Made by a program: the position numbers and the translations under genes | The notes under the pieces: generated by a model | Seen by the model: only the letters and a program-made list of their open reading frames with translations | Database searches by the model: none | Told to the model about the DNA's origin: nothing | Part shown: in pieces, positions 1 to 13,741 of the stretch | How the letters are laid out: each line of letters starts with the position of its first letter | Numbering within the stretch: the stretch's first letter is position 1 | From: Balanoglossus misakiensis | Lineage: Eukaryota > Animalia > Hemichordata | DNA length: 64,000 bases | NCBI GenBank assembly: GCA_040954595.2 | Contig: CM082583.2 | Location: forward strand, 2,242,925-2,306,924 | Direction of reading: 5' to 3'

Positions 1-1505
1 CAATATTTTACCCACAATTCTCCATGATTTGTATATTTGAACGTTGCCCATTTAATATCTTTTTCTGTTTTACATGCTAACAATGATATGAAGTACATAT
101 AAATTTATTTATTTTTATCTAGGAAAAGTATGTTGAGCAATTAATAGTGTGAAAATTTCAAAATCAAAATTAGAAGCCATAGGAATCTAGATATTCATGT
201 ACTGCAAATGTCACACTTTAGGGGAAACAAGCAATGACTAACTGAGGTGGCCAGTCTCTGTTGAAAGTTAACATGTAAATTTCCTTTGTTCTGTCAATAG
301 AAAAATCAATTTTTGTTTGATTAAACGGGTATTTCAAGTGTCCCTGTTTACTTCAAACTTTTTTGTATAGCTAGCTATGCAATTGCTTGATTATTTTATA
401 AAATTAGTATCTCCTCTCTCAATAATGCATAATTTTAAAAATAATTTGAAATGGTTATTCACAGTAAGATTTGCCTTAAAAGTACGATCTCGAACTTGGT
501 ATTAGTGATCTACAATTCTCTGTTCACATGTGCACTTTGCCTGGTTTGACAGAGGAATATCTGTTGGTACAAATCAGAATGAATCATGAGATATTTCTAG
601 TACTGTGTGCTTTCAAAAGCTGGCTGAAACACTGATAATATACCAATTTGCTTGTTAATTTGAGGAATTTTACCTGGTGAAATAACAATTTGTATTTTTA
701 TCTGTCTAGCTGAATTTTGGTGATTATCATTATGCTCCATATTTGCCTTTGTACTTTTACAAATATTTTAATCGAGGTTGAAGATATGTAACACCACTAA
801 TATGTAGATTTTTATGTATTTGATAATAAACAGAGGTCGCGATAACATTTTTTTGAGTGCGTATTTTTGATGCAATCATAAAAAAATGTGTCAAACTCCT
901 TTTACTTAGCCTGCGTCGTACACATGTCTAATTCAAAATTCATCAAACAAAATTAGCTACATTTTGAGTACAAAAAGTCGGGCACACAAGTGATTATTTT
1001 GATTCCAGGGGATAGTCAGCGGTATGCGTACGTTGACCATTGTACAAATAGAGAGGCCATTCCTATGCGTCAATATTGATGCACTTAATAAGATTTTCAC
1101 GTCAAATGACTATTTTGGCGTCAAATATACATAATTTTTGCGTAAACACGACCTCTGATAAATGCAAATTTTTTTTTTTAATAAACAGCAAAAATGGATG
1201 CATGGGCTGTTGAATTTCAGTCACCATGACGATGCATGTAGTCTGTGACAAACGTAACATTCCATACAAAGCGTATGATTTCATTTTTTTGAGTGTCTAG
1301 CTATTACATTATATTTTCAGCGAATTTACATGCAACACATTGCAGGATGCTACAATCTCTAGTGCAAATTTGTTTGCGAAATTATGTTTGGCTTTACATT
1401 ATATGACAAAAGTGAACATATGTGCATGACTGCCAGATGCTGTTATTTTTCATTTGTCAAGTATACCTGGTCTCATTCACTGGCTTTAGAGAGGCTTTAT
1501 ATATA

Positions 1506-2856
1506 CAGACTCGCCAATAAGTATTTACGCACCTTGACAATGAATGTAAGCTATGAAAGATTATTCACAAAAGCGATCGACTGTAACTTATTTCTGAATA
1601 TAAATAACTTACGGAAGGTTTAACCCATTTTAGTCAACACAGATGTGTTGCCGCGCCGAATTTGACTGCATAAGTGGCGAGTTTTTCGGCCAGTGAAATT
1701 TCCTATGATTATTGCAATGGCGGTATACTCATTAACATCTCATTTTCATTAACTTTTCGCGCCATTGTGTCCGTGGCTAATTTCCCTCTATTCATATTTA
1801 AATCTCCACCAATCAGAGCTTTTAAAAATAATTCTGATTAAATTTTGGGGCGGGAAAATCTGCTAGATTTGCTTATGAATATTCTGATCGAGGTCGTCGG
1901 AGGTTGCTGCATAATTTTTGTTTGTAAACATTGAATCAATGAAATCATGCCCACAGTTCGTGAACTTCCTGAATTTGTGAAAGGTCAAATTGAGGCACTG
2001 CATAGGCAAGGTTTGAGGAACAGGGAAATCGCAAGGCAGCTTGGAATCACAGAAGGCAGAGTCAGGTACAACATTCGGAAACTTGTTCAAAATGGTAGCA
2101 CGGACAATTTACATCGATCTGGACGGCCAAGGCGAACAACTGAACGGGAAGACCGAATGTTGATTAGATCAAGCCTGACGGACAGATTCAAGACGGCCCG
2201 TGACCTCCGCGCTAAATTTCATGAGGATACCGGGAAACTTTTGAGTCTGAGCACAATCAAATCTCGATTGAATAGAGGAGCCAGACTCCATGGATGTGTG
2301 ACCAAGAAAAAGCCGAAATTACAACCCTGGCACATCACAGCGCGACTACCTGTTCAGTGGTCCCAGGTTGTTTGGTCAGACGAGTCCAAGTTCACCGTGT
2401 ATAGGAGCCGAGGGAGAGTTTTCGTTAGAAGGCGACCCGGCGAGGAGTACGAAATTGAATGACAGTCCCACAGTAAAGTTTGATGGTGGCAGTGTTATGG
2501 TTTGGGGGTGTTTCTTGGCTGCGGGTGTTGGTTTGCTCGCTGGAAGAACTTAGACGTTCTACAAAACGAAATGCTACGATAGGCTTTGAGACTCGTCCGG
2601 CCAGATTTTGTGTTCCAACAGGATAATGCCCCTGTACATACTGCCTTGGATGTGAAATCATTTCTACAACGTCGATATGTCTCACTCAAATTTAATCACA
2701 GATGACAGATTTTTGTTCTACGACTGTTATTTATCTTGAATTTATTAAATGTAGTTGAATTTTTGCTAAAAACTGTCTGCAAGGTGTGTTATTTCATGTT
2801 TCTGAAACGTTTTTCACTGCAGAACGTGGGTGCGTAAATACTTATTGGCGGGTCTG
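1506..2856 (+). mobile_element. Tc1/mariner DNA transposon, defective
   Basis: 28-bp TIRs CAGACTCGCCAATAAGTATTTACGCACC (1506-1533) and its reverse complement with 1 mismatch (2829-2856). TA precedes the left end; the right flank reads ATA. Encloses a Tc1 transposase remnant. Confidence 0.9.
1947..2690 (+). pseudogene. Tc1-family transposase, frameshifted and 3'-truncated
   Basis: N-terminal HTH, RSGRPR, WSDESKF (first D), SVMVWGCF in another frame, FQQDNAPVH (second D, ~2610-2640). The third catalytic residue region is missing. Confidence 0.88.
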
Positions 2857-3049
2857 ATACATGTACATATCTGTACATATTATTCTTGATGTTGTTGTAA
2901 ACATTTCTTTTGTGTCTGTTTCAAGGTCAGATGAGGTGAGTTATAACACTTGATTCATAGGTTGTGTGACTTTTGAAAACCATCACTCACATTCATGGAA
3001 GAATTTTACCTTAAAAAGAGTATACTTCAGTTGTCCCTAATAATAGCCT

Positions 3050-5450
3050 TTGTGTAAATTTCCCCTCTCTGAAGTGAGACAGAACTAAAGAAAGCATCTT
3101 CATATTGCTGCCAGATGCATGAGCTTGCTGGTGAAGTTCCCTGTGTGTTCCACAAGATTAAACTGTCCCAAGATGGGTAGGCAGTAGAAATGAGGTCTGT
3201 TGGCGTCCTTCAGTCTCAAGAGACTATGGATCTGCGTGCTGGGATGTTGGTCTAGATCCGGAACAGCGTAGTACATGTATGAGGCATTGAGCTTATGTTC
3301 CTTCTGGGTGGTCCTAGATTCACTGCTGTACAGTACAAATTTATTTTAGGTATGACTCACAACACAAGCACTCATGTGGGCATTGGTGTCATACTCAGTA
3401 ATAGCCTGCATCCAGTAGTCTGAAAGTAGGACTAGGAGGGCTTCGTGATTAGGAAGAACAAAGATCTGAGCCTAACAAACTGCATAAGGCAAATCGGTCT
3501 CCTGGTGAGATATATACCATCCACCTCAGCTGTCATGATCTCCAGTATATGCTTTGGTGAAGTACAATGCAATCTCCACTGCACTCTTGCTATAATGGCC
3601 TGACTATTCATAATTCCTGAGGAGCAATGATTCATGGCTGGACAAATATTCATCACATGGTGAGAAACAAGTGGATCTGCATGGGAGCCTGCTATAAGAT
3701 AGCTTAGGGTTGAAATCATGAGTTGATGGTCTAGCTCAAAGTAGTTTTCAGGAATAGAGTGATCTGACCTGACCCATCCTCCTGGCAAAGTATTTTTTCT
3801 CGGTTCCCTTGACATTATTACAAATTGTGTGTATCATAAAAAGGCCAATCAGTCAGACAGGCCTCTGCCAATAGAGATAAGTCACAGCTGTTACAACCAT
3901 CTCAACACATACCAAGAACCATAGACAATAGTAAAGAGAAAAGAAAACTAAATACATATGTAGATTACAAACTGTGAATGGATTGGCTGAGGGAACAGGA
4001 TCCAGTGAGTACATGAGTGATAAAAGGATTTGAGAGAATAATTAAACAGAGCTCGTGCCTGGTCGGTTGATGTGGTATTGGCTGTTCTTGTCTACTAACA
4101 CTACTTGAATGGATAAGGCTATGTGCTTTCTGGTGATATAGTATTTAAAGACAGAACTGCATGAAGCTCAGTTTTATGTGCAGGGGTTAATTCCCACGAC
4201 ACTGGACTGCCAGACATGCAGAAAAAATGGTCTGATGCAAATCAAGACTTGTAGTGAAGCACGAAGGTTGTCAGGTGATTGTCACCATACATTTCACTGT
4301 ATTTTGAGGCATGTCCCCAATGTGTAACGTCTTTGATGGAAATTGTTTTACACTTGAGTGATTTGGCCTGAGCAATATCCATAAGATCCCATAGAAACTT
4401 ACGGATTTAGGTAAAACAGTTGTCATCAAGTGCAGATGACCAGAGGTCTCAGAAAGATGAAGCTGCCCACAACTTGACAGATCTGACAATATCAGAGATA
4501 TCAATGACAACACCGGTAAACGGTGTGTTTCATTAGTAAAGACACAAGGAAGATGATCACTTTGATCAGAGGCTGTATACTAGCTGAAAGATGTATCCTA
4601 GTGAACACAGGTGGACATACCTCACAGCTGTTGCCTTCACCTCCATAATATCATATGTACACGCACATGTACATGTATACCGGTAACCTATAAAATGATA
4701 GTTTCGTAATGTGGAAAGAATAGTATGCCTCTGACGGCAAGGAAGAAGGAATTCTGACAACTGCTAAATATTAAAGTGACATCGCATATGGGCAGCCAAT
4801 GGGAAACCCATTTGCTATAATTTCTGCCTTGTGAGCTGAATGCCAAGTTGAACTGTCCTCCAGGGTGGGACCCTGTGGTGATCCATGATTGCTGCATCCC
4901 CAAATGGCATGCTAGACACTTGCCTCCGATGAATAGGGGTATATATGTGACATAGCTGTATCCCAGAAGCCCAGGTGCAGAAGTCGGCAGAGTGATAGAG
5001 CATGTCTGTTACAGATCGTCAGCCATTCACTTCCATATTCGGTAAAATCAGTGATGGGATAAATACCCTTTTTTGTCTGTTGGAGTGGGAAATCTGCTGT
5101 AATATTCCACTATAGGAGCAAAATTATTCACTTTATAGACTCCAAGAGTTACTGAACAAGTGTTCTCAGCACAATGCTACTAACCTCCCTCAAGTGATTC
5201 TGCTAGATTTCAAGACAGCAGTTATAATATGTAAATACGAACCAATGCTAAGTGGACAAGGTTGCAAATACTACAGCTGGGCCGGTGGCTCCATGCCTCA
5301 TAAAGCTGCATTTCTAATACAAGATTCTGCAATATTGAAGTCAGGACACACATGGGCTACAGGAGTATGAAAGAAGAAGTAGCACCCAAACCATACACCC
5401 ACTATGGGTGTGGGTGTAGCAAAATGTTTGACACAAGTATTAGAAGCAAG
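3050..5450 (-). mobile_element. Highly degenerate non-LTR retrotransposon (CR1/L2-like) ORF2 remnant
   Basis: Broken minus-strand fragments resemble RT motif GSPQGPTL (~4860-4885), a YADD-like segment (~4780) and a C-terminal ...LILWNT... (~3150). Many stops and frameshifts; boundaries approximate. Confidence 0.35.
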
Positions 5451-5613
5451 AGCCTGTAATTTACACAAAGGCTAACAAGGCAATACAAAACAGTATACTC
5501 TGTTTATATGTTCTCCAAAGATGTTCAAGTTAACATACTCTCTTACGTATGTTCTATAATTAGCACATGTTTTTTGAACGTGAAAGAAGACTTCTGATCA
5601 TTGTAGGAACGAA

Positions 5614-7489
5614 GGTAGAGTTGACTTTTCAGAGCCCTCTGACTCAGAGGGCTCTGAGTCAGAGCCCTTCAGAGCCCTCTGAAGTTTCAGAACCTCAGAA
5701 CCCGGACCTCAGAATTCTTGTTGACCTCAGATATAACCCCAAAATGTACCTGTATAATTAAATATAATAAAGTTCCTTCACTTGCGGTGATCTTTCACCG
5801 CCAGGCATTTGTATTCAACCTGTCCCCCATTATATATCAGTGGGAAGGGCAATGTTATGATTTATTTGTGCAGGGGTGAGTTATCATTGTGGTAATATTG
5901 ATCATGCAGATATGATGTGGCTATTATAACAAGAAAACTTTCTTTAGAAACTTGTTTTCATTGCCTAGATTATTTTTTATCAAAAGTGATTTGATATTAT
6001 TCATCACATGTTTACATATTATGTATGTATTTATTGTTTTTTCTTGTTTTGGAATAAACTCTTTGAAATGTAACTGCTTGTTTGTAAATTTTTAGCAAGA
6101 AATATATACGCATTTGACATACAGCAAACCTATAGTAATAATCCTAATGGAAGGAGAATAAGCGCAGTGTGTGAGGACACAAAGTTTGTCAAAAAGTCAT
6201 TAATTTGAATGACTGGCAAATCCAAAATGTTTTCCATGGGCTTTATTCTGATGGACAAATAATTAAATTCTTATTTAAGGTGGCATTGCATGAAAAATTG
6301 TGATTTTTGCCAAATTTACTTTTTTTACATAAATCGGTAGGTCTAATACTGTTCCACATTCTGACAAATGGGTCTTGGCGGAAATGGTGCATAATCACCC
6401 AAAAATAGCACTTTTTTGAATGAGTTCACAGCTTAACAAATAGGTGTCAACAATGCAAATGGCCGTTTTTCTCAGTTTGCATTTTTGCTGCTCTTGACAA
6501 CTTCAGAAGAATTTAGCTTCGCTCTGCGTTGGCCGAATTTGCTCAAATTTTAACAGGGGATTGTGTATGACCCATCTAACAAAACAAATTTTTTTAGTCG
6601 ATAAAGTGTCCATGGCGGGAATAAAATCTGATTCAATACAACTCATTGTGAATTTGATCAAATTTTCTAAAAATCTAACTTGCAAACACTGTTACTCCTC
6701 AATGGAAGCAGATAACGCTAAACTAAATTTTGTTTTTTTGCATGTGTACTCTAGTTTCGAATGACATACTAAGATGCATGATGCATGGTCAACCGTTTTA
6801 CCTAATTTCAATTGAATGACATAATATCAAAAAAATGCTTCTTTTAACCCAAAAACGCCACCATTTCCGGAGGTCAATGAAATGTGCAACTCAAACAAAA
6901 GTTCAAAAACTCAGCTTCCAGAATATGTATGGTTTATAGGGGTTTTAATAATTATTGTCTTTGAAGAGAAATAGGCCTCTGAAAAAGTCTCAACGGTTTC
7001 ATGCGATGCCAATCTGATTGACGGTTTCGTGCAATACCACATTAAGTATCGAATTGATTTCCAAATTCTCTTCTTTTGGTGTTTCTTCTTGCGATTTATT
7101 TTGTCGTGTGCTACAAAATACATTAATATTTTAATGCAATGCAAGCAAAAAAAGAAAAGTAACGCGTTACTGGTGAATCGGAATCCCTGGCTGAATCTGA
7201 ATCTGAAATCGACATAAACTTCGAAAACAAATATGGCGGGTAATAGGCAGTCACGATCTCGCACTTGCCATACAACGTAGTACGTCGTATTTTCAGCGGG
7301 AGTAATTTTGGCAACATTATACCCATTTGTAATCGTTATATTTAATTATACAGGTACATTTTGGGGTTATATCTGAGGTCAACAAGAATTCTGAGGTCCG
7401 GGTTCTGAGGTTCTGAAACTTCAGAGGGCTCTGAGGGGCTCTGACTCAGAGGGCTCTGAGTCAGAGGGCTCTGAAAAGTCAACTCTACC
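5614..7489. mobile_element. Non-autonomous long-TIR DNA transposon, Mutator/MULE-like
   Basis: 154-bp near-perfect TIRs (5614-5767 / 7336-7489) beginning GGTAGAGTTGACTTTTCAGAGCCC. Direct repeat TAGGAACGAA at 5604-5613 and 7490-7499 (10-bp TSD, or 8 bp if the terminal A/T belongs to the TIR). No transposase. Confidence 0.8.
6279..7041. mobile_element. TTAA-flanked non-autonomous element (Kolobok-like) nested in the MULE-like element
   Basis: TTAA at 6275-6278 and 7042-7045. Imperfect ~17-bp TIRs GGTGGCATTGCATGAAA / TTTCGTGCAATACCACA. Confidence 0.55.
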
Positions 7490-8892
7490 TAGGAACGAAC
7501 TCTCAATTTCATGGTCCACATTTTCTGAAATTTTACCAGTAAGCGACTCCAAATTCTTAACTGACACCTTGTATCAAAGGGTCAACGGTTATTATTACAA
7601 ATTCTACGATTTAGTCTTCCAAGGCTCCACCTAATCCAGTTCTTGAATAAAACTGATTATCCATGGACTCTCCTCGTCAAGTTATGCATGGCAATCCATT
7701 GTTAATGACACTGTCTCTACTGGATCGACAGTTAAAGGGGCGAAATCATAACACCAAACAAATAACCCACAAAAGAGACAAATTGGCGATGACGTGAAGA
7801 AATTCACACAAAGTGGTGTCTGCTGGGAGCTGTATCAAACCTCACTGCAAACAACACGTCACAATACCATCCAACGTGCACCAACAGCCACATTAGATTA
7901 TATTGTGAAACAAATCAATGAAAATGTGTATCTTAAAACACACAGTCATGGAACCATGTGTAAACAAATGAGATATATTCAAAATCAAATTGAATGACAG
8001 AGAAAAAAAATTTCTGAATGCAGAGATTTTTTTTCTGAATGCTCAAGAATTCCTACTCCAAGCTCGGTAGTGGACATTTGCACATGGTACCCCTGACGTC
8101 AAGTGTACTATTTTATCGTAAAGCACACAGTCAGGGAAGTGTAAACAAAACTAGATATATTCAAAATCAAAGAAAATGAATGGCTGAATGATTAAGTGAT
8201 CCAATGTAAACTTTTCTGTACATTATAAAAACAATAATTGTAACTCATAGAAAATTGACATCTTTTCTGAATATTGAAGGTTTGATGTCAAATGGGCAAT
8301 TTGAATCACTGGTTATCAATTTTGAGACGGCTTTGGCAACCAGACCTGATGTAAGGATTAACACCTCTCTACAACCCATTGTCTATGGGGCCGAGCCTCA
8401 GCGCCTATACATAAACTTTATGTGTGTGGACACAAGCGACTCAAAGGATTAATTCTCTGTGTTTACAAAAGGCAAATAGTGTCTCCGAAACGTTTCAAAT
8501 TTTTACCAGTGTGACCGTGGTATTATAAACAGGTACCCCAGACTTTGAATGACACACACACTTACACCACACAAACAAACAAACAAACAAACATAAATAC
8601 CCTATAACTATACTATATTATAACTAACTATAACTACAAGTAACAACTAACAAAATAACTTAATATACCTATATAAATAAACTGTTCAAATACAGATGTG
8701 TACACTGAAAGTAACTAAATTTACACAAATATATAAAAATGCATTGCAGGGATGCCCCCAAAACTACCGTAAGCACTGCAAGCTGGAAGTCCATGCGTCT
8801 ACGGACCTCTGTTGACAGATGAGACATCATGGAGACTGCATGGTAGTTGGACTTCTGGTCCAAATCATCTGGCCGCATTCCTCTGCTATGGT

Positions 8893-11723
8893 GGCATACA
8901 GATCAATCTCCGCCATCCTGCAACGCAGCATCTAGTTTCTGCATGGTACTATTGGTAGTCGGACTTCAATCTGCCAGTTGGCACACAGATCAATCTCCGC
9001 CATCCTTCAACACAGCATCTAGTTTCTGCATGGTACTATTGGTAGTCGGACTTCAATCTGCCAGTTGGCACACGGATCAGTGTTCTCCATCCTGCAAACC
9101 AGCATCTAGTTTCTGCATGGTACTATTGGTAGTCGGACTTCAATCTGCCAGTTGGCACACAGATCAGTGTTCTCCATCCTGCAAACCAGCATCTAGTTTC
9201 TACATGGTACTATTGGTAGTCGGACTTCAATCTGCCAGTTGGCACACAGATCAGTGTTCTCCGTCCTGCAAACCAGCATCTAGTTTCTGCATGGTACTAT
9301 TGGTAGTCGGACTTCAATCTGCCAGTTGGCACACGGATCAGTGTTCTCCATCCTGCAAACCAGCATCTAGTTTCTGCATGGTACTATTGGTAGTCGGACT
9401 TCAATCTGCCAGTTGGCACACGGATCAGTGTTCTCCATCCTGCAAACCAGCATCTAGTTTCTGCATGGTACTATTGGTAGTCGGACTTCAATCTGCCAGT
9501 TGGCACACAGATCAATGTTCTCCATCCTTCAACGCAGCATCTAGTTTATGCATGGTACTATTGGTAGTCGGACTTCAATCTGCCAGTTGACACACAGATC
9601 AGTGTTCTCCATCCTGCAAACCAGCATCTAGTTTCTGCATGGTACTATTGGTAGTCGGACTTCAATCTGCCAGTTGGCACACAGATCAGTGTTCTCCATC
9701 CTGCAAACCAGCATCTAGTTTCTGCATGGTACTATAGGTAGTCGGACTTCAATCTGCCAGTTGGCACACAGATCAATGTTCTCCATCCTGCAAACCAGCA
9801 TCTAGTTTCTGCATGGTACTATTGGTAGTCGGACTTCAATCTGCCAGTTGGCATACAGATCAATGTTCTCCATCCTTCAACGCAGCATCTAGTTTATGCA
9901 TGGTACTATTGGTAGTCGGACTTCAATCTGCCAGTTGGCACACAGATCAATGTTCTCCATCCTGCAAACCAGCATCTAGTTTCTGCATGGTACTATTGGT
10001 AGTCGGACTTCAATCTGCCAGTTGGCACACGGATCAGTGTTCTCCATCCTGCAAACCAGCATCTAGTTTCTGCATGGTACTATTGGTAGTCGGACTTCAA
10101 TCTGCCAGTTGACACACAGATCAGTGTTCTCCATCCTGCAAACCAGCATCTAGTTTCTGCATGGTACTATTGGTAGTCGGACTTCAATCTGCCAGTTGGC
10201 ACACAGATCAGTGTCCTCCGTCCTGCAAACCAGCATCTAGTTTCTGCATGGTACTATTGGTAGTCGGACTTCAATCTGCCAGTTGGCACACAGATCAGTG
10301 TTCTCCATCCTGCAAACCAGCATCTAGTTTCTGCATGGTACTATTGGTAGTCGGACTTCAATCTGCCAGTTGGCACACAGATCAGTGTCCTCCGTCCTGC
10401 AAACCAGCATCTAGTTTCTGCATGGTACTATTGGTAGTCGGACTTCAATCTGCCAGTTGGCACACGGATCAGTGTTCTCCATCCTGCAAACCCACATCTA
10501 GTCTCTGCATGGTACTATTGGTAGTCGGACTTCAATCTGCCAGTTGGCACACAGATCAATGTTCTCCATCCTGCAAACCAGCATCTAGTTTCTGCATGGT
10601 ACTATTGGTAGTCGGACCTCAATCTGCCAGTTGGCACACAGATCAATGTTCTCCATCCTGCAAACCAGCATCTAGTTTATGCATGGTACTATTGGTAGTC
10701 GGACCTCAATCTGCCAGTTGGCACACAGATCAATGTTCTACATCCTGCAAACCAGCATCTAGTTTCTGCATGGTACTATTGGTAGTCGGACCTCAATCTG
10801 CCAGTTGGCACACGGATCAGTGTTCTCCATCCTGCAAACCCACATCTAGTCTCTGCATGGTACTATTGGTAGTCGGACTTCAATCTGCCAGTTGGCACAC
10901 AGATCAATGTTCTCCATCCTGCAAACCAGCATCTAGTTTCTGCATGGTACTATTGGTAGTCGGACCTCAATCTGCCAGTTGGCACACAGATCAATGTTCT
11001 CCATCCTGCAAACCAGCATCTAGTTTATGCATGGTACTATTGGTAGTCGGACCTCAATCTGCCAGTTGGCACACAGATCAATGTTCTCCATCCTGCAAAC
11101 CCACATCTAGTCTCTGCATGGTACTATTGGTAGTCGGACTTCAATCTGCCAGTTGGCACACGGATCAGTGTTCTCCATCCTGCAAACCCACATCTAGTCT
11201 CTGCATGGTACTATTGGTAGTCGGACTTCAATCTGCCAGTTGGCACACAGATCAATGTTCTCCATCCTGCAAACCAGCATCTAGTTTCTGCATGGTACTA
11301 TTGGTAGTCGGACCTCAATCTGCCAGTTGGCACACAGATCAATGTTCTCCATCCTGCAAACCAGCATCTAGTTTATGCATGGTACTATTGGTAGTCGGAC
11401 TTCAATCTGCCAGTTGGCACACAGATCAATGTTCTCCATCCTGCAAACCAGCATCTAGTTTCTGCATGGTACTATTGTTAGTCGGACTTCAATCTGCCAG
11501 TTGGCACACAGATCAATGTTCTCCATCCTGCAAACCAGCATCTAGTTTCTGCATGGTACTATTGGTAGTCGGACCTCAATCTGCCAGTTGGCACACAGAT
11601 CAATGTTCTCCATCCTGCAAACCAGCATCTAGTTTCTGCATGGTACTATTGTTAGTCGGACTTCAATCTGCCAGTTGGCATACAGATCAATGTTCTCCAT
11701 CCTGCAAACCAGCATCTAGTTTC
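8893..11723 (-). repeat. 87-bp tandem array, ~32.5 copies, no net length change between copies
   Basis: Unit CATGGTACTATTGGTAGTCGGACTTCAATCTGCCAGTTGGCACACAGATCAGTGTTCTCCATCCTGCAAACCAGCATCTAGTTTCTG. Equivalent positions 8903 and 11687 differ by exactly 32x87. Confidence 0.97.
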
Positions 11724-11729
11724 TCGTGT
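9200..11729 (-). CDS. Candidate terminal exon of a spliced gene: HEKLDAGLQDGEH then TGA (stop, or Sec read-through of 58 TGA codons up to TAG at 9200-9202)
   Basis: Acceptor (T-run + cag) at 11730-11738. Phase matches the upstream exon 16032-15901 (AG|A = Arg). Repeat frame reads QKLDAGLQDGEH*SVCQLAD*SPTTNSTM with both stops TGA. Confidence 0.4.
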
Positions 11730-12411
11730 CTGAAAAAAAGCAAACAGATGTAGTTCAGGAAAATGAGGAGTAATTCAACTGCATGTGACACAAAAGACAG
11801 CTTCCCGCGATACAAACACCCTCTATAACTGCAGGCTTTGTCTTTGCAGTACACAGGGCATGTAATGCAAATTGTGTAAGAATCCATCAAGTTTTACTTT
11901 ATGCAGGCTACATGACAATGATTCATGCTTAGTTTTTATGGACTTGTTATTTTGTGCCTTTCTAAATGACTTCTGGGTGTTTGTAAAACTTGTAACGAGC
12001 AGTAATGAGCAGAAACTTGCAGTAATGATCAATAACATCCTAGAAATTGACAGAATGGGTAATCACAAATACTGTGGAAATGACGATCGTTTCCAATTTC
12101 ATAATAGTCATCTGAAGTTATGCAATCAGTGTCAATTATCATGACCATTTTCATGGAACTAAACAGTTGTTTAATTTCATATCATTGCTGGAAAAAAGTC
12201 ATCGTCAATGACTTCATTCACGCTGGTTTGATGTTCTTGGTATTTGTGCTCGAGTGTTGGTTAGTTTTTGCATAATTTGAAATGTTGTGCGTTGACTTAG
12301 ATGTTTTCATCTATGTGAACTGACATACTCTGAATGTTTGAAGAAACTTTACAAACCCCATATAAATTCCCATCTACATAAAATGGAGCAGCAAACAGTT
12401 ATATTGATGTT

Positions 12412-13741
12412 AGACCAGAGAAAAAAAATCTTGTTCATTGGATTTTTTCGGCCCTAGTTCCAGGAGCGGCGAGCGGAAAATTTTTTTTTAAATTTGTTTA
12501 GGCCGAAGGTAAACCGTGGTTCTCTGGCATATTTGCACAGATGCAGACATTGGGAGATAATTGTTTCCATTTGAACCAGAAATATCTCTGATACATGTAC
12601 TGTACTTGTCACTGAATTCAATACTACATTTCCCAACAATAACATATAGGCAATTACATATACAGTTGGTGTTTGCACAACAAATTCCAAGTATTTCAAC
12701 AGGCTCTCAGAATAAAATAAAATGCACAGCAAATCACTGAAATCCAACAATTTAGTATTGACCTTTAATATTGTCCTGGTGGGACCTTGCATTTGAATGT
12801 TTTTCATTTTACTTTGGCCCCATCTCTTGGTCTCTTTACAACTGTCTCTACATTTTTTACACAATGGTCTAACAACACTGTACAGACTATCTCTCACTGC
12901 ACACACACTGTTCTGGTCGCGATAGCCATGTCTAATTTGTTCCAGTCTGCACCAAGTTCATCAAACAGCTGAATAATATCATTGTAATAGTTTGTGGAAA
13001 CCATCTATTTTGTCAGGCAGACCGACTTCAGTAACAGTGGACATCATGATTAAAATCGCATTTTAAATGTGGCTGCCAGTATCAGATGGTGCTGTACAGG
13101 CGGAAGTAGATGGAATGGCTTTGTGTGCACATTGATTGCCAGAAGTAAACACATTGGAAACTACAAACTTCATGTTGAACTCGCTGCAGATTTAATACCT
13201 CAGATCCTACTATAACATCAACACAACCATGTGTTTTGTCACTGTCATAAATTTTTATACTTTTGATGCAATTTTCATAAAATCAAATGCACCATCAATC
13301 TGCTATGACGATCTTGTTAAACAAATTACAGAACGAAACATCATGACAAATACTGAATAGCATCTTTCGAACAAATCTGTTTGTCGTCACATCGAATGTT
13401 GGTGATCAACTTAATACTCATGATGTGACATGTACCAACATGTACTAATATAGAACGAGGACATTTCTGCCCAAAGCTACCCACTTTGCGTTGTCATTCG
13501 CCCAAATTCAGACATCAGAACAATGTGTTTGCGGTCAACTCAGTCCAAACATGTCGGAAGTCTAATTCAAAATTCTGTGCTCGCGAAAACCTGAGAAAGT
13601 GTAGGGCGCCACCAACGACAGTACTAAGAATATTTGTAATGCAGAAGTAAGAATTTGCCACGATCCAAAAAATAAAAATTCCAAAACAGCCAAAGTAGAA
13701 GCAGCAATTCCATGAACAATTTATTTTTTTCTTCCTGGCCT
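12412..13741. mobile_element. Degenerate TIR element with decayed coding remnant
   Basis: Imperfect ends AGACCAGAGAAAAAAAATCTTGTTCATTGGATT / AATTCCATGAACAATTTATTTTTTTCTTCCTGGCCT. Broken minus-strand coding-like text (NAILIMMS...LPDKI...YYNDIIQLFDELGADW) at ~12800-13200. Superfamily not assigned. Confidence 0.3.

Noticed and set aside
8775-8842. SECIS-like hairpin on the minus strand (ATGA...AA...GGA)
   Set aside because: The stem pairs through the ATGA, and no properly placed GA quartet partner is visible. Not called without a covariance-model search.
8847-11753. Plus-strand repeat protein MVLLVVGLQSASWHTDQCSPSCKPASSFC
   Set aside because: Interrupted by stops at ~9588, ~9735 and ~10110; two of these are synonymous Cys changes in the minus frame. 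The splice acceptor is on the minus strand.
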